Assembly: GCA_027023305.1 (NCBI GenBank)
Contig: JALVVR010000048.1
Span: 150,907-214,906, forward strand
Origin: Campylobacterales bacterium
GTDB lineage: Bacteria; Campylobacterota; Campylobacteria; Campylobacterales; QNZT01
DNA length: 64,000 nt
Direction: 5' to 3'
Shown piece by piece: positions 29,069 through 38,868 of the stretch. The notes under the pieces were generated by a model that saw only the letters and a list, made by a program, of their open reading frames with translations, was not told the origin of the DNA and did no database searches. Each line of letters starts with the position of its first letter. Position 1 is the stretch's first letter. A program made the translations under genes and the position numbers.

Positions 29069-31327
29069 TTATACCCCTTCTACTTTTATTTTAGCAAATC
29101 TATATCCACTTTCAAATATAGCTTTTGTATCAATGTTTTTATCAAAAGTTGGAAGATATCCTATCTCTCCACTAAGTTGCTTATCAACTTTAACTTCAAG
29201 TTCAAGTTCTCCAACTTTTACTCGGCTTCCCTCTTCTAAACCTTTATCACTACTTACATAAAATCCACCATTTGTTTTTAACTGTTTAGCCATATTTGTA
29301 AATGGACTAAACTGATTTATAGGATTTGATAAATAAACAACATCATCTCCAAAATCCTCTACATCATTAGCACTCTCTACATCATCACTAGCTTCACACT
29401 CACTTATACCAAGTAGATAACCTCTATGCTCGACTCCACCATTATCATAATAGTTAGGTAGTTCATCAAAATCTCTAGCTTCATAGCCTTTACTCTCTGG
29501 TAACTCTTTAGTATAAAGTGCTGTGTACTCTTTTTCTACTCCAAGTGCTGATGCTACTTGATTTAATGTATAACCTTTATAACCAACTGCTGCATTTGTA
29601 AGAACAACTCTTTTATCTATGTTTGTAAATGTCCCCTCTTGTTGGTTTAAAGCTGGCATATCAAGATCACCATCACCAAGAGCTGATATTTTTATATCTC
29701 CATCTTCATTATATCCAACTACTTTACTTCCAGCTTCTTCATCTAACTCACAAATATTTGCAACTCCAAGTGTGTTTGTTGAAGTTGGGATAATAGTTAC
29801 TGTTACATCTAAAAGTCTATCGATTAATCCTACTATCTTAGCTAAATTTTCACTTCTTGGATGAGTATAACAATCACTTCCAACTACTAAAGTAAACTTG
29901 TCTTTTTTAGCAAGCATTTTTGTAATCTTAGCTTCAAAATCTTCTGGAAGATTTACTAGTGAACTATCATACTCAACACTTGGAACATCTGTTTCTAAAC
30001 TTTTTCCTAAGAACTCTAAGATAAAAGCTAGAGTATGCTCTTCACTTCCTACCTTGTTTTGTACTGCCATGAAGTTTTTAGCAAATGTAGGAACAACTGT
30101 GTCTCCAACTGGATGAAAGTAAAGTCCAGCACCCTTGTTCATAGTTAAAGCATTATTTACAGCAAATCCAACATTTGGTGCATCTCTTCTTATATCACTT
30201 CCAACTACTACCACAAAGTTTGACTCTTTTATATCTTTTAAACTTCCACTATAAAGACTTTTTCCACTTGTAGAACTATATGCTTCTAAAAACTTTTGAT
30301 AAGCCAATGCATCATTATTTACAAGTTTGTAACCTTTAGCTTCTTTTAGTTTTTGAAGCATTAAAGCCTCTTCATTCGTAATATATGAGTTAAATTTGAT
30401 ACTGTCTGCTTCACTCATAAACTCAAGCACTTTGTTAAATGCAGCTTCATCTTGTCCTGTAACTCTATTTTGAAAGTCATATCCAAATCTAGCAGCCCCA
30501 TTAAGAGTTGCAAAATGATGTTCATTTGTTACTCTTAAAATCTCACCATTTTTCACTTCATAGTTGATTAAAGAACAGTCACTTGAGTGAGGATTTGATG
30601 CTGGAACTTTTACTAGCTCCCAAGCATTTGATTTGTATTGGAAATCTTTACTTATCAAAGCACCAACAGGACAAACACTTATACACTCACCACAATCTTG
30701 GCACTCTAAGCTATCATCTTCATTTACAGTTCCGATTATAGATTTTTGAAGTTTGTTCCACATAGCATAGCTATCTTTTGGCATAGTAGCTTTTAACTCT
30801 TTATCAAGTGGTTCTCCACCTCTAGGAACAGTTTTAAGTACAGAATCACCTATCATATCTTTACAAACAGTTACACACTTTTCACAAACTATACAAAGTC
30901 CTGCATCGTACTTCATAAGTCCCCAATCTTTTATAGGTCTAAAAGTATCTTTTGTAGCATATTTTTGTTCATGTACTCTCATGTAAAGTGTATAGTTTTG
31001 AAGTTCGCACTCTCCACTTTGGTCACAAACACCACATTGAAGAGGATGATTTACATCATATACACTCATGATAGATTCTCTCTCTTGTTCTATCTCTTCA
31101 TTTGAAGTTGTTATAACCATTCCGTCCTTTGCTTTGGCATTACAAGAGTAAACTCTCTTACCATCAGCTTCTACTAGACACAACCTACAAGCTAAAGTTG
31201 GAGAACATCCTGTAAGATAGCAAAGAGCTGGTATAAATATATCATTTCTCCTTGCTATATTTAGGATAAATTCACCCTCAGTAGCTTCGCAAACTTTTCC
31301 GTTTATCTCTACATTGATTTTACTCAT
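29069..31327 (-). CDS. nuoG: NADH-quinone oxidoreductase subunit G (nuoH-proximal copy)
   Basis: 2Fe-2S motif (CY...CRLC...C), HPLQCGVCDQSGEC, CIVCEKCVTVC and CQDCGECISVCPVGAL. Confidence 0.93.
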   Translation of the reverse strand: MSKINVEINGKVCEATEGEFILNIARRNDIFIPALCYLTGCSPTLACRLCLVEADGKRVYSCNAKAKDGMVITTSNEEIEQERESIMSVYDVNHPLQCGVCDQSGECELQNYTLYMRVHEQKYATKDTFRPIKDWGLMKYDAGLCIVCEKCVTVCKDMIGDSVLKTVPRGGEPLDKELKATMPKDSYAMWNKLQKSIIGTVNEDDSLECQDCGECISVCPVGALISKDFQYKSNAWELVKVPASNPHSSDCSLINYEVKNGEILRVTNEHHFATLNGAARFGYDFQNRVTGQDEAAFNKVLEFMSEADSIKFNSYITNEEALMLQKLKEAKGYKLVNNDALAYQKFLEAYSSTSGKSLYSGSLKDIKESNFVVVVGSDIRRDAPNVGFAVNNALTMNKGAGLYFHPVGDTVVPTFAKNFMAVQNKVGSEEHTLAFILEFLGKSLETDVPSVEYDSSLVNLPEDFEAKITKMLAKKDKFTLVVGSDCYTHPRSENLAKIVGLIDRLLDVTVTIIPTSTNTLGVANICELDEEAGSKVVGYNEDGDIKISALGDGDLDMPALNQQEGTFTNIDKRVVLTNAAVGYKGYTLNQVASALGVEKEYTALYTKELPESKGYEARDFDELPNYYDNGGVEHRGYLLGISECEASDDVESANDVEDFGDDVVYLSNPINQFSPFTNMAKQLKTNGGFYVSSDKGLEEGSRVKVGELELEVKVDKQLSGEIGYLPTFDKNIDTKAIFESGYRFAKIKVEGV

Positions 31328-33564
31328 GACTCACCTTGCCCTACTTTTATTTTATTATACCTATAAATTCCCCACAACTTTTGTCCTTCAAAATTCATAT
31401 CAAAGTTTGGTAAAATTCCGATAGTTCCTTTTAAGTTTTCATCTACTCTAAACTCTTTACAAACTTTTAATCCATCTATTTCAAAGTTTATCGTATCTCC
31501 ATCTTTAATCTTAGCTGCAACTGCAAACTGAGCTGAACCAACTACTCTTCCATCTTTTGGAAGGTGTTCACAGATGTTAGAGAAAACATTTTTTTGTGAG
31601 TTAGGATTACAACTATATATAACTACACCATCATAACTATCTATCTCACTAACTTCATCCAGCTTAATCCTTGCAGTGACTTTTTTAGTTTCTAAGTCAT
31701 AACCTCTGATCTCTTCACCTGCATTTGTAAAAACATTTGGTAAGTGATCAAAATCTTCACTTTTGAAGCCTTTATCAGTTGGTAACTCTTTTGTGTAATC
31801 AATAGTGTATTTTTGATTTACTCCTAACTCATTTGCTATATCATTTAGACAAAATCCATCAAATTTTACAGCAGGATTTGTAGGAACTACTTTTTTGTTT
31901 ATGTTTGTAAATGTTCCCTCTTGTTGATTAAGAGCTGGAATATTTACATCTCCACCATCTTCAAGAGCACTTAGAACAAAATCTCCAACTTGATTATATC
32001 CGATAGAGTAACTTCCCTCTTTATCATCAAGATCACATATCAAACTAACACCAAGAGTGTTTACAAGTGGTGGGATTATTATCACATGAAAATCACTATA
32101 TTTTTCAATCAATCCTAAAATCTTAGCTATATTTTTAGCATTTGGATGAGCATAGAGATCATTTCCTACCACAAACGAAAGAGATTTTTTTCTTTTTAAA
32201 TCTTTTGCAAACTTTTCTATCTCTTCTTCACCTACATTACTCTCAGCACTTAGGTATCCATCATCTAACTCTTCTAAAAATTCCTTAGCACCTTTTACCA
32301 ACTTTTTATTTTCACCGATGATAGCTTTTGCCAAAAGAGCTATAACACCTTCTTCACTTCCTACTTCGTATTTGATATGAGTAGATGCTATCCCCTCCAA
32401 TGCTTTATCTTCTATTGGATGACAATAATAATAAGTTGCACGATGCTTTTTAACTGCATCATTTATCCTAAACTTCATGCTAGACATATCATCAGCTATT
32501 TTAGTCCCCAAAGTTACTATAAAATCACTATTTTTAACTTTATCACTAAGTCCATGATACAAAGTATCTCCAGTTATAGAAGAAAATGCCTTTAAAAAGT
32601 TTTGATAATTTTTAGCTTCTGGATTTATCAGTTTATATCCATATTTTTCTTTCAGTTTTTGAAGAATTAAAGCTTCTTCATTTGTAATAAGAGAGGTAAA
32701 CTTGATAGTATCGGCTTTTTTAAAATTTTCTACACATTTTGTCAAATCTTCTTTTGTATTTTCACCTCTGTTTTCATAGTCATAACCATATCTACAAATA
32801 CCACTTATACTATCAAACTCATACTCACTTCTAACTCTGTATATAGTATCTCTTTTTACCTCATAGTAAATCAAACTTGCTAGTGGTGAGTGGATACATG
32901 AAGCTGGAATTCTTTTTTGCTCCCAAGCATTTGTTTTATAGTTAAAATCTTTATCACTCAAAGCTCCAACAGGACAAACAGCTGCACATTCTCCCCAATC
33001 TACATTTTTATCATCAGGTTTTGTGTTTATAATAGTTGAGTTATAACCACCAGCTTTTACTTTTAAAGCACCATCCCCTACTATTTCGTTTGAAACTCTT
33101 ACACATCTCTCACAAAGTATGCAAAGATATGGATCATAAGTGATATTTCCCCAGTCTTGAACTTCTCTTTTTTGCTCTTTTGCACTAAAGTTTTGGCTGA
33201 CTACTCCCATCTCCATAGTTTTACCTTGAAGATCACACTCTCCACTTTTTGGACAAGCTCCACACTGCAAAGGGTGATTTACATCATACATTTTCAAGAT
33301 ATTTTGTCTTTGTTTGTAAAGTTCATCACTATTTGTAGTAACTTTTATACCCTCGAGAGCTTTTTCTTGACATGAAAGGATATTTCCTTCCATACCTTCA
33401 ACCTCTACAATACAAACTCTACAACTTGAAATAGGCTTTACTTTTGAAAGGTAGCACATAGTTGGGATGTACATACCATTTCTTCTAGCAGCTTGAAGTA
33501 TGCTATCACCCTTGTGGGCAACTACCTCTTTTCCATCTATATTAAGTTTTATTGTTTCACTCAT
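31324..33564 (-). CDS. nuoG: Second, divergent NuoG-like subunit
   Basis: CY...CRVC...C, HPLQCGACPKSGEC, CILCERC...CPVGAL; shares PALNQQEGTFTNI with its neighbour. Confidence 0.88.
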   Translation of the reverse strand: MSETIKLNIDGKEVVAHKGDSILQAARRNGMYIPTMCYLSKVKPISSCRVCIVEVEGMEGNILSCQEKALEGIKVTTNSDELYKQRQNILKMYDVNHPLQCGACPKSGECDLQGKTMEMGVVSQNFSAKEQKREVQDWGNITYDPYLCILCERCVRVSNEIVGDGALKVKAGGYNSTIINTKPDDKNVDWGECAAVCPVGALSDKDFNYKTNAWEQKRIPASCIHSPLASLIYYEVKRDTIYRVRSEYEFDSISGICRYGYDYENRGENTKEDLTKCVENFKKADTIKFTSLITNEEALILQKLKEKYGYKLINPEAKNYQNFLKAFSSITGDTLYHGLSDKVKNSDFIVTLGTKIADDMSSMKFRINDAVKKHRATYYYCHPIEDKALEGIASTHIKYEVGSEEGVIALLAKAIIGENKKLVKGAKEFLEELDDGYLSAESNVGEEEIEKFAKDLKRKKSLSFVVGNDLYAHPNAKNIAKILGLIEKYSDFHVIIIPPLVNTLGVSLICDLDDKEGSYSIGYNQVGDFVLSALEDGGDVNIPALNQQEGTFTNINKKVVPTNPAVKFDGFCLNDIANELGVNQKYTIDYTKELPTDKGFKSEDFDHLPNVFTNAGEEIRGYDLETKKVTARIKLDEVSEIDSYDGVVIYSCNPNSQKNVFSNICEHLPKDGRVVGSAQFAVAAKIKDGDTINFEIDGLKVCKEFRVDENLKGTIGILPNFDMNFEGQKLWGIYRYNKIKVGQGES

Positions 33565-33565
33565 A

Positions 33566-35566
33566 CTACACCGCCACCATTGCTATATAATAACATCTCA
33601 TACATCTACTAGCTTCATCAACTGCTTGCTCATTTGTAAATCCAAAGTTTACCTCTTCTTGTGTAAACTTTCTACTCTCAGCTGGAAGTTTTTCGCTTAC
33701 CTCTCTTGGAAGTCCTTTTATCCATCCCGTTACTTCTTCTTTTTTGTTATAAACTTTTAGTTTTGATAAGTGATCTTCCATGATTTCTTCATCAGTTAAA
33801 GTAAGCTTATCACTATGCACATATCTACTCATGACAGAAGCTGCTCTTTTTGCTTGACCAACTGCATTTACGATAGTCATAGGACCATATTCACAGTCTC
33901 CTGCAGCAAAGATACCTTTTCTACTTGTTTGATAAGTTTTACCATCAGTTTTCAAAGTTCTCCAACTTGTCATTTCTAATTCCCATTCTTCAGGAAGATA
34001 GCTCAAATCTGCATCTTGACTAACTGCAGGGATAAGATAATCACACTCTATCTCAAAATCAGCACCCTCTATTTTAACAAGTTGAGCTCTTCCCCCATCA
34101 GGATCAGGAACTAACTCAAATCTGTTTACTTTTAACTTTGTAAGTTTATCATTTTCATCAAATATCTCTTCAATAGCAGAGTGAAATATAAACTCAACAC
34201 CCTCTTCTACTGCTTCATGATACTCTTCCCATGAAGTATTTCTTACAATTGTTTTTTCATCTCTACGATAAAGCATGATGACTTTTTTGGCCCCTGCTCT
34301 TATAGAACATCTAACAACATCCATAGAAGTAAATCCACCACCAACACAAACAACTGTTTTTCCACTCAAATCAACTGGTTCACAAAGATTCCATTTTACA
34401 GATAGGTTTATATCATCCAAAAACTGTATAGCTGGCCAATATCCTTCTATCTCTGGTCTTTCATTTGTTGCTCTTACTTTTTTACTTATTCTAGTTCCAC
34501 TAGCAAGTAATACTGCATCATAACTCTCTTCAAACTCTCTGAGCATATCAGCCGTAACTTTAGTATTTAGTATAAATTCTACTCCATCCAATGCTCCAAC
34601 AGCTTCTATATCTTTACTATAAGCATCATAAGGCATCCTATACTCTGGAACTCCAACTGCAACCTCTCCACCTAAAACTGGTAACTCATCATAAACATCA
34701 CAAGCAACACCATCAAGAGCCAAATAATAAGCTCCTGCAAGTCCAGCAGGTCCTGCTCCAACAATCGCTACTTTTTTACCATTCAAAGGTTTTTGAGGAT
34801 ATGGATAGTTAAAATCAAGTCCATGATCACTCTCATAATCAGCACCTATTCTCTTAAGTTCCATGATAGACACTGCTTCATCCAAATTTGCTCTTCTACA
34901 AGCATCTTCACAAGGATGAGGACAAACCCTACCACAAGTATGAGCTAGAGGCATTGTTTGTTTTGTAGCTTTTAAACTATCTATAAACTGTAAATCTCTA
35001 ACACCCTCTATATAAGCTGGTATATCAACATGATCTGGACATGCATCTGAACAAGGAGCTGTTATTTTTGCTATATAGTTTATATCTTCGTTACTATAAT
35101 CTTTTGAAGCTTTTTTAGTCTTTATAAGTTCATCTACATCATCTTTGAAGTAATTTAAAATATCTAAAAGAGGTTTTGGAACTGTTCTTCCTATCTCACA
35201 CTTTGAAGTTTTCATCATAGTATCACTTATCTCTTTTAAGTGTTCTACATCATCAGTTGTTCCAGCACCTCTTGCTATCTTGTCGAAAAGATCATAAAGT
35301 ATTCTACCACCCCATCTTCCAGGAGCACATCTTCCACAAGCTTCACTATATTCTTGATATTGAGCTGCATACATAGTACCTGCTTTTATGACATCAACAT
35401 CTTCACTAAAAACAACTAATCCATCCCATCCGATGAAAATCTTACTGTTTTTATTTCCATCATAAGTAGAAGGTACTTTAAAAGCACTCTCACTCCACTC
35501 CTCTACTGGCTTACCACGGTTATCTATAAACTCGTCTTGCCAAGTGGAGAAAAGGACTTTACTCAA
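33566..35566 (-). CDS. GltD/SfrB/NfnL-like FAD- and NAD(P)H-binding Fe-S oxidoreductase with N-terminal NuoF-type Fe-S domain, at the nuoF position
   Basis: SEACGRCAPG...KCEIG; PCSDACP, CGRVCPHPCEDAC, VAIVGAGPAGL, VGGGFTSMD, YRR, IFAAGD and EASRCMRC. Confidence 0.9.
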   Translation of the reverse strand: MSKVLFSTWQDEFIDNRGKPVEEWSESAFKVPSTYDGNKNSKIFIGWDGLVVFSEDVDVIKAGTMYAAQYQEYSEACGRCAPGRWGGRILYDLFDKIARGAGTTDDVEHLKEISDTMMKTSKCEIGRTVPKPLLDILNYFKDDVDELIKTKKASKDYSNEDINYIAKITAPCSDACPDHVDIPAYIEGVRDLQFIDSLKATKQTMPLAHTCGRVCPHPCEDACRRANLDEAVSIMELKRIGADYESDHGLDFNYPYPQKPLNGKKVAIVGAGPAGLAGAYYLALDGVACDVYDELPVLGGEVAVGVPEYRMPYDAYSKDIEAVGALDGVEFILNTKVTADMLREFEESYDAVLLASGTRISKKVRATNERPEIEGYWPAIQFLDDINLSVKWNLCEPVDLSGKTVVCVGGGFTSMDVVRCSIRAGAKKVIMLYRRDEKTIVRNTSWEEYHEAVEEGVEFIFHSAIEEIFDENDKLTKLKVNRFELVPDPDGGRAQLVKIEGADFEIECDYLIPAVSQDADLSYLPEEWELEMTSWRTLKTDGKTYQTSRKGIFAAGDCEYGPMTIVNAVGQAKRAASVMSRYVHSDKLTLTDEEIMEDHLSKLKVYNKKEEVTGWIKGLPREVSEKLPAESRKFTQEEVNFGFTNEQAVDEASRCMRCYYIAMVAV

Positions 35567-35799
35567 GATGCTTTCCTTTTAACAACAAGACTCCAATCAA
35601 CCTCGTTGAATTTCAAAGAGTTTCTTACTTCATGACCGGCTTCACTCATAATATCAAAGCTCTTTTGTATAGGAGAAAAGTCACCTATCTCAAACAAAAA
35701 TATACAAACTTCATTTGGTTTTATATCTTTTTCCATAATCTCTAACATTCTGTTATAAAGTTTCTCTTCTTTATGTTTTCTTAAATCATATCTTTGCAT
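35563..35799 (-). CDS. Epsilonproteobacterial NuoE-replacement small subunit (NuoX-like)
   Basis: MQRYDLR...LFEIGDFS...NSLKFNEVDW; directly downstream of nuoD; no Fe-S motif. Confidence 0.85.
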   Translation of the reverse strand: MQRYDLRKHKEEKLYNRMLEIMEKDIKPNEVCIFLFEIGDFSPIQKSFDIMSEAGHEVRNSLKFNEVDWSLVVKRKAS

Positions 35800-35808
35800 A
35801 TTTTTTCC

Positions 35809-37041
35809 TTATCTATCGATCTCGCCAAATACGATATTTAAGTTACCTATAATAGTAACAACATCAGCTATATAAGTTCCTACTAGCATCTCTTGTAAAA
35901 CACTTGTATGCCAAAAACTAGGAGCTCTTAGTTTTATTCTATGTGGATACGGCTCACCTTGAGAATTTATATAGAATCCAAGTTCACCTTTTGGAGACTC
36001 AGTTGCCACATAAACTTCACCTACTGGTGGTCTCATGCCTTGTGTAACAAGTACAAAGTGCTGCATCAAAGCAAAGTTATCAGTCATTAATGACTCTTTT
36101 GGTGCTGAAATATACTCAGGAACTTTAGCCATAAGCTGAGGCTGAGTTTTTTTATACATTGGAATTAATTGCTCTATAATCTTGATAGATTGTCTCATCT
36201 CTTGCATATAAAGCTTATACCTTCCGTAACTATCATTTGTATCACTAACAGGTACTTGAAACTCCAACTCATCATAAAGTTCATAAGGCTCTTCTTTTCT
36301 TATATCCCAAGCAACTCCACTACCTCTAAGAGTTGCACCAGTGCATCCCCAACTAATAGCATTTTCTGCACTCAACACACCAACATGCTCTAGTCTCATT
36401 TTCCAAATTCTATTTTGGTCTAGTAAACCTTCATAATCTTCTATATCCTTAGGAAATCTTGTTATAAATGCCCTAAGTTTTTCTATCCATCCAGGAGCTA
36501 AGTCTAGTGGAACTCCACCAATTCTAACTGCACTATGAGTAAGTCTTGCACCACAATAATCCTCCATCAAGTCCATAGCAAATTCTCTTTCTCTAAAACA
36601 ATAAAGGAATATACTCATTGCTCCTACATCAAGTGCATGAGTTGCTAACCAAAAAAGGTGTGAGATTATTCTGTTTAACTCTAAAAGCATAGTTCTTATA
36701 ACTTTTGCTCTTCTTGGAACTTTTTCTTCTATCCCTAAAAGTCTCTCAACTGCTAGGGCATATCCATAGTTGTTTGAAGTAGCTGCTATATAATCCATCC
36801 TATCTGTTGTAGGTAAAAACTCATTATATATCATGTTCTCAGCCATCTTCTCCATACCACGATGAAGATAACCAACATCAGGAGTAGCTTTTACAACCTG
36901 TTCACCATCAAGTTCAAGTATAAGTCTAAGCTGACCATGAGCTGAAGGGTGTTGAGGTCCGAAGTTTACTATCATAGTATTATCTTCTCTCTCAAAAGCC
37001 AAGTTTTCATAAAAAGGTTTTAATCTATTTCTTGTTTGCAT
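35809..37041 (-). CDS. nuoD: NADH-quinone oxidoreductase subunit D
   Basis: [24 protein letters not shown] and GEIDR. Confidence 0.98.
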   Translation of the reverse strand: MQTRNRLKPFYENLAFEREDNTMIVNFGPQHPSAHGQLRLILELDGEQVVKATPDVGYLHRGMEKMAENMIYNEFLPTTDRMDYIAATSNNYGYALAVERLLGIEEKVPRRAKVIRTMLLELNRIISHLFWLATHALDVGAMSIFLYCFREREFAMDLMEDYCGARLTHSAVRIGGVPLDLAPGWIEKLRAFITRFPKDIEDYEGLLDQNRIWKMRLEHVGVLSAENAISWGCTGATLRGSGVAWDIRKEEPYELYDELEFQVPVSDTNDSYGRYKLYMQEMRQSIKIIEQLIPMYKKTQPQLMAKVPEYISAPKESLMTDNFALMQHFVLVTQGMRPPVGEVYVATESPKGELGFYINSQGEPYPHRIKLRAPSFWHTSVLQEMLVGTYIADVVTIIGNLNIVFGEIDR

Positions 37042-37043
37042 GG

Positions 37044-37847
37044 CTACTTCCTATCTGATAATATTTTTTGATTTTTCTTACTAAACTTAGTAATAAGTGG
37101 TACTCCACCCTCTTCTTGGAACTCTTCAAAGTTTGCATCAACTTCTTTTGGATTAGCTCCTCTTGCAACTTCTTTACCTATTCTTGCAAAATGCTCAGTA
37201 TCTTTTGGATCTATTCTTTTAGTATCTCTTATTTCTGGTCCAACTACTTCTCTATGCTCTTTTCCAAAGATAGTATCTATCTCGTACCATTGAGCATCTT
37301 CATCACCTTGAAGTGGATAAGATTTTCTAAGTGGATGACCAGTCCAATCATCAGGCATAAGAATTCTTTTTAAGTTAGGATGTCCATTTGATACTATTCC
37401 TAGCATATCATACATCTCTCTTTCAGCCCAATCAGCACTTTTATATATATCATATAAACTATCTATTGCTTGATTTTCTTTGATAGAGTATTTTACTCTT
37501 AATCTTTTTCTTTTATCCATAGATAAAAATTGATAAAAAACTTCCAACTCTCCACTCTTAGCTAAAAAGTCATTTGCACTCATCTCACTTAACTGAGTAT
37601 AAGTCAATTTCTCTTTTAAAAGTTTAGCAACAGTTACTATATCATGTCTGTTTTCAAGTATGATAACTAACTGACCTTTTTGTATATAAGCTTCTTTTAC
37701 CTTAGCTTTTTTACTAATAACTGCTAAATCTTTACTAAATACCTCATCACTCTCTACTTCCTCTTTTGGAACTTGAGGAGCAACAAAAAATCTATCTTTA
37801 TAGTAAACCTTTGCTTGTGCATTACTTTTATCTTGATAAGTTCTCAT
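37044..37847 (-). CDS. nuoC: NADH-quinone oxidoreductase subunit C
   Basis: [14 protein letters not shown] and [23 protein letters not shown]. Confidence 0.97.
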   Translation of the reverse strand: MRTYQDKSNAQAKVYYKDRFFVAPQVPKEEVESDEVFSKDLAVISKKAKVKEAYIQKGQLVIILENRHDIVTVAKLLKEKLTYTQLSEMSANDFLAKSGELEVFYQFLSMDKRKRLRVKYSIKENQAIDSLYDIYKSADWAEREMYDMLGIVSNGHPNLKRILMPDDWTGHPLRKSYPLQGDEDAQWYEIDTIFGKEHREVVGPEIRDTKRIDPKDTEHFARIGKEVARGANPKEVDANFEEFQEEGGVPLITKFSKKNQKILSDRK

Positions 37848-38356
37848 TACACCAACCTCTTAGTTTTTGCTTTTTGAAAAGCTGATTGTTTTCTTATTTT
37901 CTTTTGTAGCATCATGACTGCATATTGCAAAGTCTCAGGTCTAGGTGCACATCCAGGGAGATATATATCAACCGGTATTATCCTATCAACACCTTGAACA
38001 GTTGCATAAGTATTAAACATTCCACCTGTATTTGCACAACTTCCCATGCTGATAACCCATTTTGGCTCTGTCATCTGATCATATAATCTTCTGATAAATT
38101 GAGCATGTTTTTTTGTTAGGGTTCCAGCAACTACCATAACATCTGCTTGTCTAGGACTAGCTCTAAAAATAGTACCAAATCTATCAAAGTCATAACGACT
38201 TGCTCCCGAAGCCATCATCTCGATAGCACAACAAGCTAAACCATAAGTCAAAGCCCACAAAGAGTTACTTCTACCCCACTGAACAAGTTTATCAACCGTA
38301 GTTAGAGCTACTGGTAGCCCACTATCTGCCATATAATTTACTTTATGCTGTGCCAT
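37847..38356 (-). CDS. nuoB: NADH-quinone oxidoreductase subunit B
   Basis: [19 protein letters not shown] and PGCAPRPE; probable start MAQHK overlapping the nuoA end. Confidence 0.98.
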   Translation of the reverse strand: MAQHKVNYMADSGLPVALTTVDKLVQWGRSNSLWALTYGLACCAIEMMASGASRYDFDRFGTIFRASPRQADVMVVAGTLTKKHAQFIRRLYDQMTEPKWVISMGSCANTGGMFNTYATVQGVDRIIPVDIYLPGCAPRPETLQYAVMMLQKKIRKQSAFQKAKTKRLV

Positions 38357-38727
38357 TCTAATGCTCCTTTTTTCCATGCATATACAAAACCAATTGTTAA
38401 CAATACTATAAATATAACCATCTCAGCAAAACCAAACATACCAAGAACTTTAAAATCAATAGCCCATGGAAACATAAATATAATCTCTACATCAAACAAT
38501 ATAAATAAAAGTGCAAACAGATAAAACTGTGCTGACATAGTATTTGGCTGTTTAGAAACCTCAGGTCCACACTCATAAACACTAAGCTTCAACTTCTCAT
38601 TGTCAAGTCTTGCTAACTTTCTACTTACAAATCTTGAGATATTTGTAGTAGCAGTAAAAGCTATAAATGTCAAAACAAAAAAGACAAATGCCCCAAAATA
38701 TGGATGATTAACTACTGTATGTTCCAT
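38338..38727 (-). CDS. nuoA: NADH-quinone oxidoreductase subunit A
   Basis: [19 protein letters not shown] and WKKGALEW. Confidence 0.97.
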   Translation of the reverse strand: MEHTVVNHPYFGAFVFFVLTFIAFTATTNISRFVSRKLARLDNEKLKLSVYECGPEVSKQPNTMSAQFYLFALLFILFDVEIIFMFPWAIDFKVLGMFGFAEMVIFIVLLTIGFVYAWKKGALEWHSIK

Positions 38728-38868
38728 ACTCTTCCTTTTTTTTAAATTTTATTACTCAAATATTACTTTTTATAATATTTCACCGTATCTATAATTCTAC
38801 ATTAAAAATCTTAATAATGCTTCACAATTTTAACACAAATTTGAAGTTACTTTTTGTAACACTCACTT

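Noticed and set aside
29069-33564. Tandem nuoG as an assembly duplication
   Set aside because: The two proteins are strongly divergent throughout and have different Cys patterns; both are intact and coupled to their neighbours
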